Positions 51,600 to 64,000 of a DNA stretch of 64,000 nucleotides are shown piece after piece. Where the stretch lies: the NCBI RefSeq assembly GCF_006345805.1, contig NC_042997.1, positions 85,064,001 through 85,128,000 on the forward strand, read 5' to 3'. The DNA comes from Octopus sinensis. Lineage: Eukaryota. A program made the translations under genes and the position numbers. Every line of letters begins with the position of its first letter. The first letter of the stretch is position 1. The notes below the pieces were generated by a model. It searched no databases and was not told the DNA's origin. It worked only from the letters and a program-made list of their open reading frames with translations.

Positions 51600-52456
51600 A
51601 TAACAAATGAGTTGAATACGCAAATAACGAGAGAGAGAGAGAAAAAAAAAGTACAAGTAATACAAAGAACGACCCTTCATCAGTTGTCAGCTGTCTATTT
51701 ACTCCCCATTTCGAGCAATCAATGACAATATGAGTCTTCGAAGACAGTTGCTCCCATAAATACCAAAATAAAATTTTGGATTTATGGAGGGTCAAAGTTA
51801 AGAACAGGACAGTGGAGACATGCAAGAAAACCGAATTAAAACAAACATGGAGTGCCGTTAGACCTGAACGAGGGGAGAATAGTGAACGTTGAGAGAAATA
51901 TTTTCTTTGAAAAGAGAAAAGATAGAAGAGAGAGAAAGAGAGAGAGATAGGTGACGTCCAATCCCTAGAACGTCCATGCAGGAAAGATAGATGGTGACCA
52001 GAGGAAATGAAAGATGGTGGATGGCCACGTGTGAGCAACGATAGAGAGAAAAAGAGAAAGGGGAAGAGAGAAAACTTTGAAAGGAGAAAAAAGGAAATTA
52101 GAGAGGGTAGGGGATAAAACACTATAGAGTAGAGTAGCATCAAAAAGGCTAAGATAAACTTACTTGGAAATGGATGCGTGGCGTTCAATTAAATAATAAT
52201 ATAAATAATATACATATATGTATCTCCACTGTCCCGTTTTTGTTCCTAACTTACACCCTCCATAAATCCCAAATTTTATTTTGGTATTTACGGGAGCAAC
52301 TACTTTCGAAGACTCATATTGTCACTGATTGCTCGAAACGGGGTGTAGATAGCTATTCTTTGTATTACTTGTCCTTTATTTCTTCTCTTGTTATTTGCTT
52401 ATTTAACTTATTTGTTTTCGCATTTCATGTTGTTTACTGTTGGTCACGTCCTGTAC

Positions 52457-52460
<4 letters not shown>
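51600..52460. repeat. Repeat G copy (51600-52170) directly followed by an inverted partial copy (52230-52460)
   Basis: gagtcttcgaagacagttgctcccataaataccaaaataaaattttggatttatggagg versus cctccataaatcccaaattttattttggtatttacgggagcaactactttcgaagactc. Confidence 0.85.
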
Positions 52461-52507
<47 letters not shown>

Positions 52508-52512
<5 letters not shown>

Positions 52513-52592
52513 TTTAAAACACGAAATATCATAAAGTGTTCAATGGTGATGTACGTTTTCGTACATACGTGTGCGCATCTAGGGTAATACTG

Positions 52593-52645
<53 letters not shown>

Positions 52646-54414
52646 TGTATATATATATATTAATTGAAGTGTACAGTATTATATATCCATTACGGCCGAT
52701 CTTACCAATCGGTTTCGCACCAGGGGTTCGACGGAGTGTTATGTAACAGTTCGATTATGTAAACCTTATGGTATGTATGTATGTATGTATGTATGCATGC
52801 ATGTATGTATGTACTTTCTGCCCTTTAAGCAGATGTTCTATCCTAATATGTCTATAACCCATGTGAGGGAGGATGATGAAAAATGGGTTAGCGCAAATTC
52901 CTGGTGAAGATGAACAAATATAAGATGGGTATATATAAGCGCCGAAGAGAAATCGAAAACGAGCAGAAAATAGATTGATACTTGCTTGTCGCTGCTACTG
53001 CTGTTGCTGTTATTTACCTCAAATCAGGGCTGATTGAGAAGATACATGATCAAAGCCGTTCCTGCTTTTCTTTGTTTTGTTCTATTTTTGTTTTTCTTGT
53101 TTTGCTTTTACTTTTGTTGTATATGTAAGTCTACCCTCATTGGCCAATGTGGTCTTCCCTTTTATTTTAATCGGACTCGATATTAAGGGGAATTTGCTAT
53201 TTCTGTCTGATCTACCTGTTGTTTAGAATGCCCTGACAAGATCCAATAAAACTGAAAGATTACCGGCTGCTGCCGTCACCTGCAAAAGATCAGATTTTCC
53301 CCTTAAGCATAAGAATTAATAATTAAAATTGATTCTCAAATTCTTAATTTCTTAAAATTGTTTTTCCTTATTCTTTATGAGTCGCTAACTATCAATGCAA
53401 GATTTTTTCCCTAGGAGAGAGAAACTCTCAATACGTTAAGAAACTTTTTGCGTACGTCATTCAGTACATCAACATCTACTTGCTTTATCTAAATAGATAC
53501 CATGCGTTAATCTGAATTATTTTCCTCAGCTCAGTTGACTTAAATTTACTATTCCATGATGATATGAAAATGTCTTACATCAGAACAACTATGCTAAATG
53601 TTACATAGTATAATATATAACTATATAACAACAAAGAATAAGTATAACGACTTTTATCATAAATATAACGGTTTAAGCTTTTTATATTGTTTTTAACTGG
53701 TATTTATTGTCAACTTTCAGAGAGAAAATGAACAGCGAAATTTACTTCTACCATTGCAGATTCTGGAGATAAACATACTGCAATGAAACTAAGTATAATA
53801 AAGAGGGTGGGGTTCTTAATTCAGCGCTCTGCGGTCATTTTTATGTTTTATTTGCTGTCTAGAGGAAGGATCAATGCTCACTACTTTCACAGGTTCCTGC
53901 ACACACACACACACACACACGCACACACAAAAGTACATACATACATTCATATGTATAGAAATACATATACGCATACATGCATGCATATATACACATATAC
54001 ACATGTACACGTACACACACTCGCAAGTACGCATACATGCATACACTTACACAGTTTTCTGTATAAATGGAGCGGCAATTGCAAAGAGAAGATGTTTGAA
54101 GAATTAAAGATTAAGTGTAATGGTTAACGAGGATTCTAAATGCTGGACACAACTTGGTTGATGGCAGGCGGAGAGACGAGTGAATTGGAAATGCTAGAGT
54201 GGAAGTGGTATGACACCAGCCACTCCCATAAGCAGAAACCATTGTGGTGCAGTGAAAAAACCAGAGAGAGAACACAACACATTTGTAGGACAAAGGCTGC
54301 AGTGTATCTTTTCATGACGTTATGCCAATCAGTATTACCCTAGATGTGCACACGCATGTACGAAGAAGTACACCACCATTGAACACTTTATGATATTTCG
54401 TGTTTTTAAAACTA
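52508..54414. repeat. 87-bp inverted repeat pair (52508-52594 and 54328-54414)
   Basis: tagtttttaaaacacgaaatatcataaagtgttcaatggtg...catctagggtaatactgat versus atcagtattaccctagatg...caccattgaacactttatgatatttcgtgtttttaaaacta. Confidence 0.9.
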
Positions 54415-54688
54415 AAAATATGGGGTCTGATTTATTCTTAACCAGCTAATAACTAAGCAAAATAAAGTTAATCATTAGTTCTTAGATGAATTTGTCAGTT
54501 TATATAAATCAAAGTAAGTTACTGCCGTGGTAGTTGGCTTTTTAGTTGTTGAATCTCAGAACAACTCCGATGAAGCAAAATCGAAGAACGTCGAATAGAA
54601 AACATTGAGGTGGGATCAATAAAGTGTCACTGTAGTACTGGGTCGGTTTTTCTCCCATTATTTTTTACCTTCTCTTCTCTCCTTCCCT

Positions 54689-54751
<63 letters not shown>

Positions 54752-57158
54752 TCATATCTACCGCCATATTTATTTATATGTCCTTATCTTTCCCTCTAGA
54801 AGAAATCATCTGTGTTCAGGTCTGAAGAGGGATGGGATCCAATAAATTTAACATGCTCATAATACACTTGTATGTTACAACGAGGATCCTACCACTTCAT
54901 CAATATTTCAGAACCCAAAGCCAGGTAGAGTAAAAAAAGACGTTTCGGCCCTGATTATCCCACATGCTTTTATTATGTAATATGTCCTTTAAAAAATATC
55001 GCTGCCACATGATCTAAAGTTGATTTAGATGTCGTTTCCAACCGGTTGAGCAAACGTTTGTTCCCATAAGTGGTGTATTCCAGTAGCAGCCTGTGAAGGC
55101 CCTTTTTAAATGGTGAGAGTCTGTTGGTGCTAAGTATAATTTTTTCCTCTCTCTTTCTAAGAGGTCGTTCGACCTGCTGTGCCGCAAAAAATATGCTTTG
55201 ACCAAATGGGTAACTCCAGAGATGAAATTTGTTTTTCTAACTCCCCACTTCGCAAATATTCTTTGCCTTTTATTTCAAAACGTGACGTATGTAACATGTT
55301 CTTCATTTTATAATAAATAACATGCATGACTTTGGGGCCATTATGCTACTTAGCACCTACGTCTCTCCAAGCGGCCAAATTTCCCTCAAATCACACATAT
55401 TATTGTCTACAAAGTTAGGAGATAGTTACTGTTAGAAAGCACTTGATAAGTATTCTCGTTTAGGAACTAACCAACAAGAATAATATATGGGAGCTACAAG
55501 GAAAAAAACTTCAGCTCTGGAGGAAGATATTGGGAAAAGGTATTTTGTTGGGTTTCAGGAATGAAGCAAAAGAGGGTTGACCAGAAAAACAGAGGAGATA
55601 TACAGTTTGGATGTTCATAGGAGTAAGAACTTCTTAGTACTGGTGAAAGGGACAGATATAAGATACAAGGCGTACGTGTAATGAGGTTCTTGGAGTGAAC
55701 GATTTGCTAAATAAGCGAATGGTCTTTTGTAGCAAGGTGACTGTTGTTGTTGCTGATGTAGCAGATCAGCTCTAATCAAGTAGCCCAATGATGAATGGCT
55801 TTCCAAACGTAACCATCCTAATTTTTGTATGTGCAGGCAACTCAGAACTACATTATCCAACACGTCTCTTTCTAAAACAACAGAGAGTGGCTTGGGGGAG
55901 ATTTTCAGTGGCGGACCCAAGGAGGTGGGGGTCTGAGTGCCTATCTCAAAAAAAAAGAAGTGCACCCTTCTAAATAATGTTATTACGCCTTTTTTCCTGG
56001 AATTGTATTCTGTTCTGACCTTATGCACCCACCACTTCGAAAAATTCCTGGTTTTGTTATCTTTTCTAGCAAGTAGTTAAGTTCATTACAACCTTGATTA
56101 AGCAGGCCTATGATCAAAGGCATTCTAACTATGACCAGCCCGGCTTCTTTCATGCACGAAATCAGGGACTGCATTAACCAACGTGTCAGAGAGAGAGAGA
56201 GAGAGAGAGAGTATACGCATGCAGTAAACTGCTCCATCGCAAATACGTGAACAGTTAGTACTATAACGAACGAAGTGTGGTGTGTAATGTGTATACCGTG
56301 TAGAAGACCGTCGACTGTTCAGAGGGAGACATAGTAGTTTCTGGCACTGAAGATAAAGCTTTGCCTTTCAGATGCCGTCTCCTTCTGACCCCCCTCTCTC
56401 TCTCCCTCTCCCTCTCCCCCTCTCTCTCTCGCTCTCTCTTTTCCATTTACTCTCTGTTACAGATATGCTGGTTGCCAACAAATAAATCAATAAAAAAAAT
56501 TACATCAGTAGAAATGATCTCTGTAAAGTAGTTCTGTTCTAATCTGAAGATGTGACCTCAATCACCCTTGCCGCTGAAGATAACCGTTTATCTCGAAAGC
56601 TAATAAAGAATATCAACTTTATGTTTTACACATAATCATTATCATCATCATAGTCCTCGTCATCGTCATTATCTCTCTATTTCCCTCCCATTCACCCCCA
56701 CTCTCTTTCTTTCTTCCTCTCTTTCTCTCTTTTACCATCTCACTTTCTCTCTCAATTTATCTGTCCATCACTCTCCTCATCTTTCTATCTCTTTATCTCG
56801 ACTTCATCCTATACCCATTTACTTGTCTGACATACAATCTTTCGGTTTATGTCGGAGGTTTCTACTCTCTCAATACAAACTTCAGTTGTGAGTATAATCT
56901 GACTGCCTGTTATCACTGCAAACAAACAAAACAGAAAATAAATAGATAATAAGTAAATAACTAAATAACTTAAGGAGGTCATCCGTCCATAAGGTTAAGC
57001 ATAACATGGTTGTTGGAGTTGTTTTGTTGATGCCTTCTTTATTGCACTTTATCCAACACAAGAACAGGAAGGCCGCTTGTATGCATGCAAATTATTTGAA
57101 AATCAACTACACGCCGAGACACATACGTTCTCACTATCTTTGTTTAAATCTCCTTCAC

Positions 57159-57197
<39 letters not shown>

Positions 57198-57282
57198 ATT
57201 TATATATATATATATATAATATATATATATATATTATATATATATATATACATACATATATGTATGTATGAATGGATGTATG

Positions 57283-57343
<61 letters not shown>

Positions 57344-58126
57344 AATGTGAGGATAAAATTCTTTTCGAAAAAAAATATTTTCTCGAAAAAATTTTTATCA
57401 ATGGCCAGCATATTAAAAAATACCTTTAACGGTTAAATTTATAAACAATTCATAAATGAGGGCAAAGGAAAAAAATTCTAATGCCAAATATGCCGAAAAA
57501 TTGGACATATTGTCCATTAACCATATAATTTTTTCACAATACGCACGCTACTCGAAAAAAGGTCGACAGAAATTTCTAAAAAATTCCATTATTACCATAT
57601 CGGACCGATTTCAGAGTTAGCTACTAAGAGCCCTCTCTTCGTCAGTGATACATGTGGCAAAAGAAATAAATGAGATACTTACTCATACCCATGGAAGAAG
57701 CAAATACTACAGTGGGAGACACTTGCTCAAAGTGCTATGCAATGGAACTGAACCCGGATCCATGTGGTTGGGAAGCGTCCAGAAGAAGATTTAATACCAT
57801 AAGGTAATATTTATCTCTCACTTAATGTGGGTGTTGTATTGGAATACAGAATACCGCTTTATTTACACTGAGAGGAGCTCTCATATGGGACATATGGACA
57901 TGTGATGCATAAAAGCAATAGTTTTTATGTCGGTTGTGAACGGAAAACTGTCCGCCACGCGCGCCGGAACTGATAGATCATGTGATTTCGGCCTTTCAAT
58001 GGCTGACGCTCGGCTAGAAATAACAGCGATTCCTTTGTCAGCCAGATATAGAATCTCAGTGTCTATTCAAGCACTCTGTGATCTAACAGTAATAAATATT
58101 ACCGTATATATATATATATATATCTA

Positions 58127-58173
<47 letters not shown>

Positions 58174-58184
58174 ATATATATATA

Positions 58185-58226
<42 letters not shown>

Positions 58227-58329
58227 ATATATATACACATGAAACGTGTACAACAACAAAAATACGAAGTACGAGTACATGGAATATGAACTATTTTTTC
58301 GAACAACGAAAGAAACAAATGGTAAACAA

Positions 58330-58560
58330 GACTAATAACATAAAGGACGACCTTTCATCAGTTGTTGCCTGTTTTTCTACTCTCGTATTTCGAGCATTTA
58401 ACAACAATATACACTTTCGATAAAACAGTTTCTCCCGCATAGTAAAATTTAAAAAATTTGAGATTTTGCGGAGGGTCAAAATTGGTAACACAAACAGGAC
58501 AGTGAAAACAAACAGGAGGGCTGCTAAGCCTGAACGAGCTGTTGCGGTATCTGGTCCTGT
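58330..58560. repeat. Diverged repeat G copy
   Basis: gacctttcatcagttgttgcc...atttcgagcatttaacaacaatat...gcggagggtcaaa...aacaggacagtg. Confidence 0.7.
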
Positions 58561-58895
58561 ATTTTGAGGGTGACGTTGGGATCTTTGGCACTTTGCAGTG
58601 GCGCCCCATTCTGTTCTTTGTGCAACTTTTACTGCCAAAGTCTGGTACAGGGTCATCCAGGATTTACCAGTATATATATATGTAATTTATCTCTCTATCT
58701 ATTTATCTATCTATCTGTGTGTATATATGTGTAAGTGTATACATACATATATAAATTTACAAAGTATAGGGGATTAGTTCACAGGTGAACTAAACGTTTA
58801 GGTACGCTAGTTAAATGCTGTAACAGATTACTAGGGCTCCAAGGTTATAGCTGAGACGGTAGTTATGGAACCATTGAGATTTCCAATATAGCGGA

Positions 58896-59060
58896 TATAT
58901 AATTGTTAAAGAGGACAACAAACGTTAAGGCAAGGCAATCATCTCAAATCATATACATTATTAATTATTATCGGAAAATATTTTTCCAATAATAATAATA
59001 TATACGACTTGACATGCTTCCTTTGCTTTAAAGTTTGTTATTCTCTTTAACAATTATATA
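58896..59060. mobile_element. 165-bp foldback MITE-like element
   Basis: tatataattgttaaagaggacaacaaacgttaaggcaagg versus cctttgctttaaagtttgttattctctttaacaattatata; the centre is also palindromic (ggaaaa-ta-tttttcc). Confidence 0.75.
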
Positions 59061-59894
59061 TAAATTTATGTAAGTGTATATATGCATGCACGCATGCCTG
59101 TGGGGTCTGGCTTTATCTCGGGTTCGCGTCTGGGCCAGTGCGTTGTGCCTGGGGTTTCTCATGCGCCTGTCACCGCAAGAGTATTTTCCATCATTCTTTC
59201 AGTTGCGAAGTGTGTCCTTGCATGCATATATACACATATAAACATATAAACACACATATAATACCCCTACATTTTGTACACACACGCACATACATACATT
59301 CACTCCCACGCACTCACACGCACACATTTACATATATATATATATATACAATACACGCACACACACTTACACACGTACAAACACACACGAATTCACATAC
59401 ACACCGACACATATACATACACACACCATATACCTCCACGCGCACGCACACATACACATACGTACACACATATAAGCACAGACACACACATACATACGCA
59501 CACCAAAACATGCGCACACATACATACATGCACACAATTATACATAAACGCACGTACAAGCACACACACACATACACTTAGTTAAGCACAGTTACTCGCC
59601 ATACACACAAAAAACGCACACGTACACACACACATACTACAACAAAACACACACACGAGACATATACACGCACACACACATTCCTCCCTGTTTCTGACCT
59701 GCCTTCCTGACTCGCTAACTGCTGCTTGCCACTAGCCATTGCCCACCATATACACACATACACACACATGCACACACTCACACAAACACACCCTTGTCAT
59801 CTTGCACACCTTTATTTACCATTCCTTCTTTGATTCCGCTCTCCTGTTTTTGAAAACATGGTCCTTCTTTTTTACCACTTCCGCCTATTCAGTA

Positions 59895-60115
59895 TGTGAC
59901 CTCGTGAAGACCACTTGCATTTTTTTCCCTCTGTCCTCCCACCTCGGGATCTTTCTTTCTCCTATGTTTCCGACGAAGAGCTCCGCTCGAACCGTCATAC
60001 CCTCCTTCTTCCCTTCTTTCCTGAGCGTCCAATAATACTTTATTTGTTCCACATCCTCGCGTTGTTGTCTTTTTGTTTTCGTGTTTGGATTAACTTTATA
60101 TATATATATATATAT
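59895..60115 (+). mobile_element. Second copy of the hammerhead-bearing Penelope-like repeat (degenerate core)
   Basis: GUUU-CCGACGAA-GAGC(UCC)GCUC-GAAC-CG-UC-AUAC at 59966-60000; the downstream ~110 bp align with 31905-32015; ends at (TA)n. Confidence 0.65.
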
Positions 60116-60466
60116 ACATACATATATACATACATATACGCACACACACATATATACAAATATACATTTATGCAAGTATATATTTATAAATGTGTATGTA
60201 TGTATGTACGTATGTAATGTATGTATGTATGTATGTGTATGTATGTATGTATGTATGTATGTATGTATGTATGTATGTATGTGGTGCTACTGAGTTAGAC
60301 CTGGCCTGGGCCTATACTGGCCGAAAACTATCAAAGTTATCGAAGTTATATATATATATAAATATACTACTAACAATATAGGATGAAGTCCCTTTCTCTA
60401 CAGAAAAGGAATCCATCAGGAAGCGTGGCAGTATATTAAAAAAACCGTTACGGTTGAAGTATAAAC

Positions 60467-60519
60467 ATCATATAATTAAGGGCTAAAGAGGGTAGCCCTC
60501 TTTAGCCCTTAATTATATG

Positions 60520-60521
<2 letters not shown>
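60467..60521. repeat. Perfect 26-bp-stem hairpin with 3-nt loop
   Basis: atcatataattaagggctaaagaggg-tag-ccctctttagcccttaattatatgat, zero mismatches. Confidence 0.97.
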
Positions 60522-60609
<88 letters not shown>

Positions 60610-61115
60610 TGGAAGGTTTGGAGATATTGTACAGGTATTTTATATTAGAAGAAATGAGGTACTCAGAAAATCGGATGGTTTTATATTTACAGATATTTGT
60701 TTGTATATTACATGTTTTTATACATCATATAACTTAGATCATGTATTAGCACTTTCTCCCATTCTAGTGGGTTTCCAAATCAAACTAAGTTCCTGTGTGA
60801 AAGGTTTTGACCATTTTATAGTGGTATTGAGTTTGTAGTGGTGGGGAGGAATATAAGACAATACAAGTGGGTGATGAATGAGGAGAAAGTGAGAGAGAGT
60901 GAGAGAGAGAGCATGTGTTCGTGTGTGTGTGTGTGTTTTTTTGTGTGTGTGTGGGGGGGTGTCTGTGAGTTTGGAGAAGGAAGAAAGGAGAAGAGGAAAA
61001 CACACACACACACAACACACACACACCACATATATATATAATATATATATATATATATAATATATATATATAAATAACATAAAGGTGTCAGATCTTGTCT
61101 GCACGTAGTTGCAGA

Positions 61116-61575
61116 TATTTAAGAAAGAAAACTATATAAAAACGCATAGGAGCTCTGTATAATAAAATTTATGTTAATATTAAGATCATAATGAAACAAA
61201 GAGTTGTATTTCAACATTATTTAATAGAATGGGAGTACCGGTTTCGTATCTTACGCTTATCAAACTTCCAAGGTCTTAGATTTCAGTACACAAAGAAATT
61301 TTGTTAAGCCATGGGACGCCATTTTTGTTGTTGACAATAATAATGTTTGCAGTTAAAATTTGTCATAACAAAAATGACATTCCATGCCTTAACAAAAATT
61401 CTCTCTGTATTGAAATCTAAGACCTTGTAAGTTTGATAAGCGTAGCGAAACCGGTATGCCCAGTTTATTTTATAATGTTGTAATACAACTCTTTATTTCA
61501 TTTTGATCTTAATATTAACATAAATTTTATTATACAAGCGTCCTGTGCGCTTTTACATATTTTTCTTTCTAAAAT
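61116..61575. repeat. ~460-bp foldback palindrome (arms about 220 bp)
   Basis: tgtataataaaatttatgttaatattaagatca...gcttatcaaact.ccaaggtcttagatttca... mirrored by tgaaatctaagaccttg.aagtttgataagc...tgatcttaatattaacataaattttattataca. Confidence 0.92.
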
Positions 61576-61675
61576 ACATACAGACATACATACATATATA
61601 TATATGTATAAATATATATATAATATATACATATATATATATATATAATATATATATATAAGTATATATATATAT

Positions 61676-61749
<74 letters not shown>

Positions 61750-61808
61750 CATACATACATCTATATATATACATATATATATATCTACATATATAATACA
61801 TATATACA

Positions 61809-62052
61809 TACAATAAGAGGCTTCCAAATAGGAAAGCGTTGTGCTAGAAAGAGCAGTAGAAATCTAAAAAACCACAAAATTCAGCGAATATTTTTTGCTG
61901 GAAATAGTTAGAAACCATGGTCTGGGGAATCGTTGAGATGGTAAACGTTTTTAATTTTCATTCCTTTCGAGAATTTATCCTTTTTGTGGTTTTTGAGAGT
62001 TCTACTGCTCTTTCTAGCACAACGCTTTCCTGTTTCGAAGCCTTTTATTGTA
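61809..62052. mobile_element. TA-flanked MITE with ~70-bp TIRs
   Basis: tacaataagaggcttccaaataggaaagcgttgtgctagaaagagcagtagaa...accacaaaa versus ttttgtggt...ttctactgctctttctagcacaacgctttcctgtttcgaagccttttattgta. Confidence 0.85.
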
Positions 62053-62164
62053 TTTCTATATGAATAATATATAGTCTAATGACTAATTCGTTTTTTTCTT
62101 GTTTGTGTGCTAGGTCACTGGTAATAATTTATTATTACCCTATGTATTATGTTTATATATACAT

Positions 62165-64000
62165 GTTTGAAGACTGCCTAACAAAAATAGGAGAAGTTCT
62201 CACCAACCTAGAACAACACAACAGTGTATTCTTCATGGGTGACTTTAACTTCCCCAATGTGGAATGGCCTGGTGGGGGCAGATGCTCCCAGGGATGACAC
62301 ATCATCAGCAGGCACAGGCAGAGTCCCTGCTCCATCTTACAAATGCCTCTTTCATGGAGCAAATAGTGCTGCAACCAACAAGAGCAAATAATATACCAGA
62401 AGAATTCTTTGCCACTTTACCAGTGGCCAAAGAGGCAAAAATTGAGTACATCAACATTGAAGATGATGATATCACACTGGCCATAGATGAAATTGACACA
62501 AACTCAGCTGCTGGACCTGATGGATTTCCAGCGATCCTTCTCAAATCGTGCAAACGAGCCCTTGCAAAACCGCTACAGTTTCTTTTTCAGAGCTTTCTTG
62601 CAAGTGGTAAGCTCCCAGCTAAATTGAAGGAGGGGGTAATATGCCCTATCCATAAGGGAGGAAGCAGAGCAGATGCTAAAACTTATAGGCCTATCTCTAT
62701 AACCTCAAGCAAAGTCATGGAACGAATAGTCCGCAAGAAGCTAATCATGTTCCTTGGAGAAAATGACTTGCTGACTGACACCCAGCATGGATTTCGACCA
62801 GGTAGAAGCTGCCTAACACAGCTCCTGCAACACTATGACTGGGTGTTAAAACAGCTACTAAATGGCTCAAATGTGGATGTGATACATCTCAACTTTGCAA
62901 AAGCCTTTGATAAAGTCGACCATGGTATAATTTGTCACAAACTGCGTAGTCTCGGCACAGGCGGAAAACTTGGAGAGTGGCTGCACAACTTCCTAAAAGA
63001 TAGAAGGCAGGCAGTTGTGACCAATGGAGCCACCTCCAAGGAAACACATATAACAAGCGGTGTTCCACAGGGCACTGTCTTGGGGCCACTTCTGTTCATA
63101 GTGGCCCTTTCAGACATGCCCTCAGTTGCTAAGATGGCCATCCTTGCTAGCTATGCAGATGACACAAAAGTCTCCCACACAATACAAAACCCTGGAAATA
63201 TTGCACATCTGCAACAGGAGTTGGATACTATCAGTGGGGGGCTGAGGACAACACATGCAGTTTAATGCAGGTAAGTTCCAGGCCCTGCGCTACCGGCACA
63301 CAAAAGTAAACGACATGCAGACTGGATACACTGGCCCGGGAAGAATTGCAATCCCTGAGTCAAAATCAGTGCGTGACCTGGGCATTGACATGAGCAATGA
63401 TGCATCTTTTCAAGTGCATATTACTAATTTGGTGATAAAATGCAGACAGCTAGCTGGATGGATTCTCCGAACTTTCAGAACAAGAGAGAAGGAGACATTG
63501 ATGGTACTGTGGAAAACTTTCGTCCTCAGCAGCTTGGACTACTGCTCCCAACTATGGTCACCACACAATATAAAGCTAACAGCAGAACTCGAAGCAATTC
63601 AAAGAAGCTACACCAAGAAGATCGTCTCAATGCAACATATCAGCTACTGGGAAAGACTGAAAGTATTAAAACTCTTCTCTCTAGAGCGAAGGCGGGAGAG
63701 ATATGCGGTGATATACATCTGGAAAATCTTGGAGCGTCTTGTCCCAAACTTTGGCATTCAAAGTTACCCCAACCGCAGAACGGGGCGCCACTGCATGGTG
63801 CCAAAGATTCCAACATCACCATCAAAATACAGGACCAGATACTGCTACAGCTTGGGTTTCAGAGGACCACAGCTCTTCAACATCCTCCCTAAATGCCTGA
63901 GAGATTGCATAGTGTGGATGTGGGTTTCTTTAAAACTAAACTGGATCTCTTCTTGTCGGGGGTCCCAGATGAACCTACCTCACGGCAGGAGACACAGATG
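62165..64000 (+). mobile_element. CR1/L2-group LINE ORF2 (APE end + RT + C-terminus), internally deleted and inactive; runs off the window
   Basis: FFMGDFNFPNVEW, FMEQIVLQPTRANNI, NSAAGPDG, YRPISITS..KVMERIV, QHGFRPGRSCLTQL, NFAKAFDKVDH (catalytic D to N), SGVPQGTVLGPLLF, YADD at 63152-63163, then frameshifts and FNILPKCLR..FKTKLDLFLSGVPDEP. Confidence 0.9.

Noticed and set aside
52690-52770. Minus-strand GAAA-CC(GAUU)GG-UA resembling hammerhead stem III
   Set aside because: The upstream core is too degenerate (CCGUCGA).
54935-54965. GGCCGAAACGUC on the minus strand (3' half of a hammerhead)
   Set aside because: No CUGANGA upstream.
57930-58060. GC-richer patch with CACGCG/CCGGAA/CATGTG motifs as a promoter (also 16990-17060)
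   Set aside because: Short motifs are expected by chance and there is no adjacent gene evidence.

Overview
This is repeat-saturated, AT-rich eukaryotic DNA. The SINE families, (AT/AC/AAT/GAA)n density and LINE types strongly suggest an octopus (coleoid cephalopod) intergenic or intronic region; this is an inference from repeat content. I found no host protein-coding gene I can support, and most ORFs in the supplied track are translated microsatellites (YIYI, HTHT, CVCV, poly-I/N/E/S). All recognisable coding remnants are transposon-derived: (1) a decayed but near full-length ~1000-codon DD(D)-type transposase most like the Sola3 group (42967-46030, minus); (2) an internally deleted mariner with both TIRs (14499-15402); (3) two L1/Tx1-clade LINE pieces (18650-21830 and 46200-47390); (4) two RTE-type 3' fragments; (5) a CR1/L2-type LINE at the right end. 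There are also ~30 tRNA-like SINE copies from 3 families (my labels A, B, D), a ~560-bp (AAT)-flanked element with a tandem array (C), three hAT MITEs with 8-bp TSDs, several foldback palindromes and minimal type I hammerhead-ribozyme motifs of the Penelope-like kind. The most interesting signals are the Sola3-like transposase, a 118-bp-arm hairpin whose mismatches are mostly G.U-compatible on one strand, a SINE subfamily with a LINE-like tail found only inside other copies of its own family, and a 460-bp foldback with a U3-A8 covariant hammerhead core in both arms. Repeat boundaries were read by eye and are approximate (about +/-10-20 bp) unless TIRs or TSDs are quoted.
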